In this document: positions 38,147 to 47,715 of the stretch, piece by piece
How the letters are laid out: each line of letters starts with the position of its first letter
Position numbering within the stretch: the first letter of the stretch is position 1
From: Acanthaster planci
Lineage: Eukaryota
Direction: 5' to 3'
NCBI RefSeq assembly: GCF_001949145.1
Contig: NW_019091362.1
Span: 2,115,838 to 2,179,837 of the forward strand
DNA length: 64,000 bases
Notes under the pieces: model-generated
The model's database searches: none
What the model was told of the DNA's origin: nothing
The model's input: only the letters and a program-made list of their open reading frames with translations
Made by a program: the position numbers and the translations under genes

Positions 38147-39568
38147 TTATGAAATACCTGTGTTAGGGTTAGGGTGACATGTCTTCGTCGCCATCTTCCC
38201 TACTCTATCCTTACAGTGACAAGTCGCCATTTGTTCATCAGTTAACCCTGTCTGAATCAAGATTTAACCTGACCGCTCAGGTACCCCAGGCTGAACGTAC
38301 ACTACAATGGTTATTTCGAAGTTATCTAGTCATTTTGCAAATGTATGGTTATTTTCTGAACAAATACTGTCATATAAATGTATTATACAAGGCTTATCAA
38401 AATAAAGGAGCCGAATTCAACTGCAGTTTGTAAGACAACTGCAGATTTCTTACTAAGCATTAGATGTCTCCAAAAAGGCCTAAATGTCTTCTTTCCTTTG
38501 ACAATGCATTGTTGACCAGCAGGTGAAATTTTACACTGTGACAAGTTAGCATACACACCCATTCAAGAGCACTTGCTTGTGTTTGCCTGAGCATATTCAA
38601 AATGTGCATTATCTACTCTATAGTGCATGCTAACCTGTCGCAGATTATATTTCATCTAATGGTCACCTGCTAACCCTAACCTGCTGGTGAACAGTACATG
38701 GATACGCCCTGCATGATAATGCTACAAATATAAGAGAGCCAAACAATGCATCAGATAATTCATCTGACAATCAGTACATCAATACTTGATGTGTCTTGTT
38801 TCCTGTATGTCATGAACGAATTCCAACACCTTTTCGTTGTCACTCGCTGAAAGACGGAAACTTTCAAACTGACTCGTTACCAAGTTCACATTAGCACGTT
38901 GAATTGCCCCTTCCTTAGAAAATCCCTTGCCTCTACGTGTCCCCGTTTCCACAAATACTCATTGCCTCACCTTATTGCTTCTTTTCATCTCACACTGAAT
39001 CCTATTGCCATTAATATGGCCTGTGAGACCTTGTACCACATCGTTCTCATTGCAAATGATCCCAGCAATGCATGCTGCAGAAGCCCGCTCGTATTTGATA
39101 TTTTAAATGATTTGCATACCTTCTAGAAATATCACTTTTTGTTTTGAATGTTTGGCGCCATCGCTTTCTTGAGTTGCGTTTTCATATAGCTCTTCTCGAT
39201 GAGGTAAATTTGTTTACCACAGTGGATGCTCAAATAGAAATTATGTGTCTTTCTCTTTCGATTACCTCAACAGCAAGGAACATGGACATATGCATTGTAT
39301 ACACACAAGTTACACAAATTCCCAATAACCAGGACTTTTACGCTATTTAAATATGTATTCTACCATTAAACAAAATGTTACTGTAAAAACATATTGTCAA
39401 CATGGGTAGGACTTGTTTATTACAGGTCCCATGTCTAATACACATCAATTACGTATAATAAGATAATGTTAATAAGATAATGCTGGTAAGTTGGAACGCC
39501 TGTCCAGACAAACCCAAGTTTGAACGCTCTAGATCTCTGCGCCTGTTTTATTAAGGCAAATTCACGCA

Positions 39569-39846
39569 TTACCACGGTGACATCTCTGACACGGACGCCG
39601 TGTCCTGTAAGCGGGCAGCTGCCACCATCACTTGACCCGTCGTGCTGCACGTTACCACACAGTGACGGCTGGTGTGCTCTTGGTGAGAACGACATCGATG
39701 CCTTTCCGTTTCTACGCTTGAACAGGTTCTGGCAGCCAAAGCCTGCTGGATGACCCAAAAGGCGATGCTGGAGAATAGAGAGTAGATCCAAAGATCGGTG
39801 CTACGCGTTAGGCTTACCACCATAAAGGAAATGGTGAAGAAGACAG
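39569..39846 (-). pseudogene. Diverged copy of the VP/OT receptor terminal exon, acceptor intact
   Basis: gtttgtgttcacag|ct gtc ttc ttc acc att nearly identical to the acceptor region around 46286; AVFFTISFMVVSLTRSTDLWIYSLFSS; NPWIY changed to DLWIY; frameshifted stretch after IQQA. Confidence 0.88.
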
Positions 39847-40134
39847 CTGTGAACACAAACAGACGGACGGATATTAGACCTTCAGCGACAGGCTATTGAT
39901 ATTGATATGAGGGACGTCTTTACAGTACTAACATCTGCCAAAATGCGCACATACCCAATGAAAATGAGAAGAGAAAGTCTCAGCCCTTCTAAAAAGAAAA
40001 ATAGAGTCACAATATTATACTGGATAAACGTCCCTTTTATCCCAAATTTTGCTTTAAGTAACAATTCTTTCAATTTCATGAGAATTGCAAATGCTTATCT
40101 TGAAATTTTTTTTAACTTCGGAGCACGCATAAGC

Positions 40135-40463
40135 AAGCTTGTCATACTGGTCCTCTTCCTAGTTGTTGCCTTTCTGCGGCAACAGTGCTATGTGTTTCTT
40201 TCCAGAAGACTTTTTTAGTTCTTCCACACGGCCTAGCATACCATGCCGTACTTTACAAGAAGCAAGCTTGGAACGGCTGATGAGCAAGTCCCTCGCCATG
40301 TTAGAGAGCGTGACGTAATCATTCAAAGCGCCATCGCCGACAAAGTCCGCTCTGCAGTCCATCCACACCACACCAGAACCCTTGGACCGATTTTGAGCCT
40401 CTAGAACCATAAAGCGGCTTGCTGCATACGGTGGATATGATCCACGCCGCTGCGACGGACCAT
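40135..40463 (-). pseudogene. Degenerate copy of the VP/OT receptor TM4-ECL2-TM5-ICL3 segment
   Basis: Colinear with about 46865-47196: NRSKGSGVVWMDCRADF vs NRTKGPGVAWMDCRGNF; ALLPQKGNN*EEDQYDKL vs AALPQKDNNNWEEDESDKL (TGG>TAG at 40159-40161); indels scramble TM4/TM5; TM1-3 and TM6 not found. Confidence 0.88.
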
Positions 40464-43420
40464 GTGTCCGGCTTAATAAACACCATCCAAACTGAAATTA
40501 TTGTCGTTCTGCAGTAGACTCACAAAAGCCATCATATTGATGAAACGTCTTCTGCACAGTCATCAGATGAAGTGGTCTTACTAAAAAAGGTTAAACTGGA
40601 AGAGTTAAAAGATATCGAGATAAACACAGCTGTTTAATTAAGACCTGTCAAGCACGTACGGACACTTCCCTCGCATTTTACCAAGGTGTCAAACTGATCT
40701 TCATAACTCGTACCTGTCTTGCTGCCGCCAGGGGTTTACATTTCTTCGCAGAAAGTGCCATAAGCTTTTTTTATACTGCTCAGTAAAGAACAACCAAAAG
40801 AATAGTGCTGGAAATGCCGTTGAAACTCGAGTGGTCTAGTAGCCCAGTTTACACCGAATACCGAAATATCAAGATAGTATAGCTTTTGCTTTAACCATAA
40901 GAGAATTATAATGTTTGGATATGAAAACTTTTCCAAATATACTTCATGTAAAACTAATTGCTTTTATGTCAAAGAATTTTTCAAGTCCATTTAAATCGAC
41001 TAAACTATTGAGAGATACAGATGGAAAACTACAGTCCTTACTGTTCAAACTACAACCGCAAAGCACGGTTCCAATCATTGGATATTTGTCAGGTCTGCTG
41101 CCCTCACTACAGAATTTGTCTTAGGATAACAGAACCTTTAAATACAAATTCAATGTGACAAAAACGAACCTGTTACACTCGTCTACAGGTTTTAATCTAC
41201 TTTTGTACATACAATGTATAATATTTGTTCTGTAATTACAGTGATACACATTCATTCATCTCTCTCTACAGTTGTATACATACATCTTACCACATACACG
41301 TAGCACATTAATATGGTCAAAATGGTATTTTCCTGTTATGAAAATACAAATTGCAAAATCTTGAGTCAGCCTTGGTTTCTTGTTGGGCTATTTGTTTTCA
41401 ACGTTTTCAATACGTCGGCTCATCCGTATTTTAACTCGACACTTTGTGCAAATAGTCTGCAGCAGCCGCTATAATGTGGTCAAATTGCCGAAATTCTTTG
41501 CTGACCCACTTGTGCGGTTTGAGAGGCGAGATTTGCGCGTGAAAAGGTGAGAGTTAGACGGATGTTCTTTATGAACTACACGTTTAAAAAGTATTCAGGT
41601 GGGACTCAAGATGGCGTGGTGAGTAGAAAAAAGCACAATTTTCTGAATCAAATAATGTGAAATCTGTCCCTTACTGCTATGTGAGGTTCTGCATGCATAT
41701 GTGACGAAATTTATCAACCAATCAGTTCCCAGGAAATCCATGTGCCTGGCGGCAGAATCGTTCTGATAAAATTTGTCAGCACTTCATAAAGGGTGCGCCC
41801 TGAGTCAGCTAGAGAATTTGTGGATAAAAAAGTATATTTTTGAGTAGGCCATAAACTAAGCTTTCTGTAGAGTGCCGATTAAAACGGTGGCAACATTGAA
41901 AAATAGGAAATTTTGCCGCGTTTTCGGATGCAAATTTCTTATGTTGTGGGACAGCAATTATCATGTCATTTTACCACATTTTTGACAATGAATGGGATTA
42001 AATCTAGCATTTTAGGAAAGATACACTCTTCAGCTATTATAGAAGTCGACGATTTTGACGGCATCGTTCTTAGCAGCAGCGAAATCTGTCGAATTCTTAA
42101 CTCAATCAAGACATGCAAGACGTGGTCACGCACGCAAAAACATGCATACGTAGCAAAGAAACCACTGAGTGCTGCAGACTGACTTCAAATACGATGTAGC
42201 TTCCAAAAATGTTACGTACACAATTGTGATTAATTATAACATTCATAATAAGAATAATATAATCTTGCGTTGAATATTGACTCGATTTTAACGCCAGGAT
42301 GATTAAATAAATTTTAACAATAATTATTTTCTCATGAAATACATTTGTGTTAAAACGCAACTAACTATCCTGGTAGTTACAAATATTACTATATGAAACT
42401 CATTTAAGGTGAATTTACATAAACTGTGGCTACACCTGCTTGGAAATGGGGAGAGGGAACAATCTCCACTTTGTACGTCTTTGTGGCGAGAAATCTCCAA
42501 GTCGGGAGAGTATAAAATTTCATAATCATTGCCCCTACCCCTAAATCTGCTTCCTCATTTGCAACAACAGTAAGCGACATTCATTTCGTAGACATGCAAT
42601 TTCATTTGTAAAAAGACGCGGCACATGGACAGCAATTGAAGTCTCGAAAGACATGTGAATTGTGTAAAACAAAGGCTATATGTGTCTCAGAACCCAATCA
42701 GTTTACATATTTACAACTTTTGTCATAACAGTTGAGAATTCATTGTTTTTGCTCCCTTGCAAAGTACCACTGTCGTCGCCGAAATGCTCCAACACTGTTT
42801 CTATGGAAAGCACATTCAAATTCGGTTTGGAACAATTATGAAAAGTTGTTTGCATACACTGTAGGCCTATTTTCCGATTAACATATACATTTCTTCTATA
42901 TTTATGGACAGTTCCTTTTGATAGTGTTTGAATTTTTATCATTGTCTTGAGAGTTGTGATCAATGCAGGAACACATTTATAATATTTTCGCTAATACAGC
43001 CATACACTGTACACATTTTACCGATCATTTAATGATATATTCAACCGACAAATCTTAATCATCCACTTTGTCCCTAATTGGGGGAACTGCTCATTAACAC
43101 ATACATCCTAAATAAAGAAAACATTATGAAATGGCAGCACAATAAATACTCATGGGGTGGACAGTGCCACTGTAGTTTAAACATTTCAGATTTGATGATG
43201 GCCTGGTCATTTTGGGGCAGTTTGACGATCTTTTAAAGTAAATGGGAACTATTGTTTGTATATATACTGTTTTTTGTTTCAAATTAAGGAAATGTTGACT
43301 TCTGTTTAATATTTCCATTACAAAACCCTAAGCAGTGTGCTAAAAGGGTGCACCCTGGATTTTTCGTTGAGGGATCAGACCGGAATCGGAAGTTCAGTTT
43401 CATCCTGAAGCAAAAGTGCA

Positions 43421-43535
43421 TGGCAGTCAGATGTCAATGAAATCACAGGACAGAATATGACTGTCAAGGGGATAGTATGCCACAAAAGTGGCAGTCAGAT
43501 GTCAACGATATCACAAGACACATTACAACTTTCAA
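43421..43535. repeat. Two-copy direct repeat, period 68 bp
   Basis: tggcagtcagatgtcaatgaaatcacaggaca vs tggcagtcagatgtcaacgatatcacaagaca. Confidence 0.7.
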
Positions 43536-45126
43536 TCGCTCGCAAATAGGCAGGAGTGTCGATTTGAAAAAGTTACCAGCGAGGTATATCTTTAGATATT
43601 CACATATATTTACGTAATAATTAGTGATGGTGTTCATACTCGAAAACGGAGCCTAAAATAGGCTAATAAACAGTGCATTAATATAGTGACATTGTTAATA
43701 TATTTTGCCGTTGACGGTTACAGTACAAAAGACAAAAATTCACCGATACTATACACTAGAAGAATACACTAACACATTTTTTTTAAATCGCTTTTCAGCA
43801 ACTTTTGCTTGATGATCATAATAACATCAACTCCGTTTACATAATTTGGCAGGGAATATGATCTGGCAACGACATACCAAAGCTACTCTTGGCAAAGTTT
43901 GTCAATGCAAAACTTAACCGTATTTTTTTTCCAGTGCGTATAATAATTTTACAAAAGTAAGTGATCACTTCGCAAACGCTGTAATGTATCGCACTGTGTA
44001 TGGGTGTTTCTACAAAAATGTTATGTACATGTTTATATATAATTATGTGTCGTACTGCTAAAGAGTAAACACTATTATAAACTTGGGATATGTGTTGTGT
44101 CTTGTTGCTTTTTCTGTTGTGAGAGAACCTCAACAATCAATGGAAAGAGAATCCGTAATCGGACTAGCTTGAAATATGCTGTTCTTATATTCGTGTGTGT
44201 TTCCTTTCGTTGGCCATCGCTGAGTAACATAAATTAATGATGTGAGTCGGTGTCATGTCATATTCCCGTTCTGTGTTATCTTTCTTTGTTTTTATGCAGT
44301 GTGTCTTTCTACATGTCCTTATTTCCTTATATCACATTAACTGCCATTCTTTCCCTCCGTTCTGTAATCTCTCGTTTTTCGCTTTCCAGAACCCGCTCGT
44401 GATGCAAAGCGTGGGTCCAATCACTGCGCCTTGAGAGATTTCAGCTTTCGGGAGCTTTCTTCAGTTGGCGCCCTCGCGTCGGGTTCGTATTTCCTGCATT
44501 TTAATTCAGCCCCTCGTGACACGAACGAAGGTGTTCGGTGTAAAAGGTGTTCCAACACCGAGAGCGTTTTATGCGCTTTCGATAATCTGCATGGCGAGGA
44601 ATATGAACGTTAATTAATCAGGGACGGATGCATCCCATATGCACAACTTATCAAGAAACAGAACTTACATCTTTTAACACTGAAAAAAGAAATTTACAGT
44701 TTTGCAACTTAGGCCTACAATGTATGACATTCTAGTCCTATGCTTTCTAAATGTGTACGTCGTAAAACTAAACAGCAATAAAGTTATTAAGCCAATACAA
44801 TTCGCAAAAGCCCTGCTGTTTAAAGATAAACCTATCATAAACACTTATAACATCCACGAATTTTTTAATTACACTGTAATGCAAAAATCACAATAACGAT
44901 CACATTATTTTCAAGATGAAAATAATTAACGATCACATTACTTCACTTCTCCTATTAATATTTTCCTCTCTAACAAATTAGCACATCTTTCATCTGTCAC
45001 AAAATGTAGGACCCCTGACTGCTTATCATCACAATAAGTACCTTCGTTTGGCGTTGTGCCAAACTTGAATTATTTTGGTAGCAGCAGATCTGAAAACTTG
45101 TTTGAATGAATCTCTATCACCTTCGA

Positions 45127-45237
45127 GCCTGTTTTTCTTTGAGTAACAGTTGAGTTTGATACCGAAACCAAGATGAAGAGATCAATTGTATCTCAAGTTT
45201 CGGTATCAAGCTCAACTGCTACTCAAAGAAAACAGGC
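45127..45237. repeat. Long inverted repeat (about 41-bp arms) downstream of the VP/OT receptor stop
   Basis: gcctgtttttctttgagtaacagttgagtttgataccgaaac ... gtttcggtatcaagctcaactgctactcaaagaaaacaggc. Confidence 0.75.
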
Positions 45238-46062
45238 CTGATCTTTAATGCTATGAATATGATATTAACAGAAAATTGTGCTACAGGAAATGATTTCATT
45301 ACACCTCTACACAGATAAAAGATAAAGAGGCAAAAGCCGAAGAGAAGCAGGACGTTAGTACAGCCGGGGAAACATACCATTTACACCTCACTTTTCTTCG
45401 GTTATCAGTCGGGTCTCCGCCCTCAAAACCATTCTGTTTAAGGACTACAAAACTGGGAACTGCCAGATCTTAAAACCTACTATTTCACGAGGCTTTTCCA
45501 TGGAATCTATTGACTTAGGTCAGAATGACGGCCTTCTCTGTCTCAAGGCTAATGCTCGATGAGTTAGGGTACCGGAGACATAATGTGGCTCCCGATCACA
45601 CCTACTCCTTTACAAAAACCCGCATCTATGCATCAACACAGGTACATCTCTGACACAAAGTGTCTTGCCAACACCAACTTGGGCAACTGCCGCTGTCATT
45701 GGGCTGAGCTGGTACCCAGCCGTATCAATGATATTGACAGCAAATAGCTATCGTCTACTAAATAAGGTTTGACAGATATTTCCCTTCGAAATTTAGAAGA
45801 ACAACGCTCATGTCGGTTTTTTTTTTTAACAGTCAGCGTAATAAAAATTGTGCCTTTGTTTTCCTAATTGTGGTGTGTATTGGAAAATCAACAGTTTAAG
45901 AGAAGTGATTGATACATGCCAAATATAGGTTTGGAAAATTTTGGCGAGTTTCGGGCATTATTCAGAAACGTTTCAGACGCTTCAACGTGGCGGCTACCAG
46001 AAATAAAGATCACTCAAAATAGTCGTATTTGTTTAGTCTGAGTACCAGACTTTCCAAGGTGC

Positions 46063-46286
46063 CTACATGGAGGCAGCTGCTGTGCCGGTGGTCGACACGT
46101 AGCGACTGGAGTTATCGTCGTGGTGGGTCCGGTCTGAGGACATGCCGTTTTTAGGCCGGAACAGGTTCAGGCAGCCGAATGCCTGCTGGATGTCTCGCAA
46201 TGCGTTACTAGAGAACGCAAAGTAGATCCACGGATTGATGCAACTTGTCAGGCTCACCAGCAGTAATGAAATGGTGAAGAAGACAG
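46063..46286 (-). CDS. AVPR/OXTR-like: VP/OT-type receptor terminal exon (TM7, C-tail)
   Basis: cttgtttgcgttcacag|; (A)VFFTISLLLVSLTSCINPWIYFAFSSNALRDIQQAFGC...TAAASM*. Confidence 0.93.
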
Positions 46287-47715
46287 CTGTGAACGCAAAC
46301 AAGTGATAAAAACACTTTTACGGCAATATTTATTGCTATTTTCTTGCGATCATAACTTTGTTGTGCTATACGTTTAATAAAAACACACAGACAGTTGATG
46401 AGATCTTCATCTTGGGCTCCATCTCTGGCTCCAAAACCCCCATAATAAACCTACAATTGGTTTCAACATCAAAGGAATTCAGGTATTCCTAGTGGTGGTG
46501 GTCCATAGCTTTCGTCAAAAATATTTGAAAGAACTGGTTTTTATTCTGGGATACCAAAAATTACCTCAAAACTTAAACTGATTTCACATGATACCTATAC
46601 CATACACGGCATAAAAGTACATTGATTTACTTGCCTTCATAGTTAATCTTGGCCCAGACAGACAACAGCTGTGCGATGAAGAATGGTGCCCACAGCGTCA
46701 CATACATTGTCACAATTGTTAATGTCATCTTGACAGTCTTGACCTTGGCACGTGACACCTTTCCCGCCGCCCCATGACGCCTATACAGCATCTGCGGCTT
46801 TTGGTCGGACGGGCCCTCCCTCTTGGTGGCGCTCTTTTGCTGCAGCTCCATGTGCTCTGGGTTGAGTTTATCTGACTCGTCCTCTTCCCAGTTATTGTTG
46901 TCCTTCTGCGGCAGCGCTGCAGTCTGCTTCTTGCCAAGGTACTTGTACTGCCTGTCCATGTTCATCCACACGGTCAAGCATATCAGCCCGTACATGACGG
47001 TCAGAAGCAAGCTCGGTATGACGTACACCGCCATGCTAAAGAAAGTGATATATGCCACCACCAAGCTTTGACTTGGGAAATTTCCGCGGCAGTCCATCCA
47101 CGCCACGCCAGGACCCTTGGTCCGATTTTCCAGCCTGAAGAACCAGAACTGAGGCATGCTACACACGGCAGATATGATCCACGCTGTCAGGACCATCAAG
47201 CGCATGCGCAAGGTATGGTTGCCTCGCAGTCCCATCAGCGGGTGACATATGGCCAAGTACCTATCAATGGCCGTCATGACCAGGATGTAAGTCGATAGGT
47301 AGACTGGAAAGAGCTGGAAGAACTTGACAATCCTGCACATGAAGTCGGGACCGTAAAACTTGTAGGTGATATCCCAGATCATTTGCGGCAGTGTGTAGAA
47401 AAACGCCACCATCAAGTCGGCAATGCAGAGGTGGATAATGAAAAAGTGCATTCTGGAAAGACTCTTCCGACGGCGCCACAGGACGGCAATGACGATGGAG
47501 TTACCAAGGAGAGCCAGGAAGAAGATGGAAGCGGACAACAGAATCTCTACAGTGGCAAGTTCTTCGTTTCTTTTGGGATACCACACCGAGGGGGCAGAGG
47601 TTGAATTCCAGACCAGTTCATATGATACATTCCCGTCCTCTGAAGCGTTTACGTCCCAAATGTCGCTTGTATAAGGTGTGGTGCTTACCGGTAGCGAACT
47701 CTCTGGTGGTGCCAT
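46063..47715 (-). CDS. AVPR/OXTR-like: Vasopressin/oxytocin (vasotocin)-type receptor, spliced; complement(join(46063-46286,46635-47715)), 1305 nt, 434 aa
   Basis: Family signatures RNEELATVEI, LSRMHFFIIHLCIADL, LPQMIWDITYKFYGPDFMCRIVKFFQ, DRYLAICHP, SMPQFWFF, VSRAKVKTVKMT, WAPFFIAQLLSVW, SCINPWIY. First ATG is at 47715 (the ORF-track start at 47763 is TTG). The single 348-nt phase-1 intron lies between TM6 and TM7, as in vertebrate OXTR/AVPR genes. Confidence 0.95.
46635..47715 (-). CDS. AVPR/OXTR-like: VP/OT-type receptor large coding exon (N-terminus to ECL3, TM1-TM6)
   Basis: Long ORF MAPPESS...WAKINYE-G followed by gcaagt (GC donor). Confidence 0.93.

Noticed and set aside
45600..46066. 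Possible third coding exon of the VP/OT receptor (AT|gtaggc donor; remnant similar to the duplicate's tail at 45644-45700)
   Set aside because: The acceptors I tested give short or unrelated frames; treated as 3' UTR homology within the duplication.
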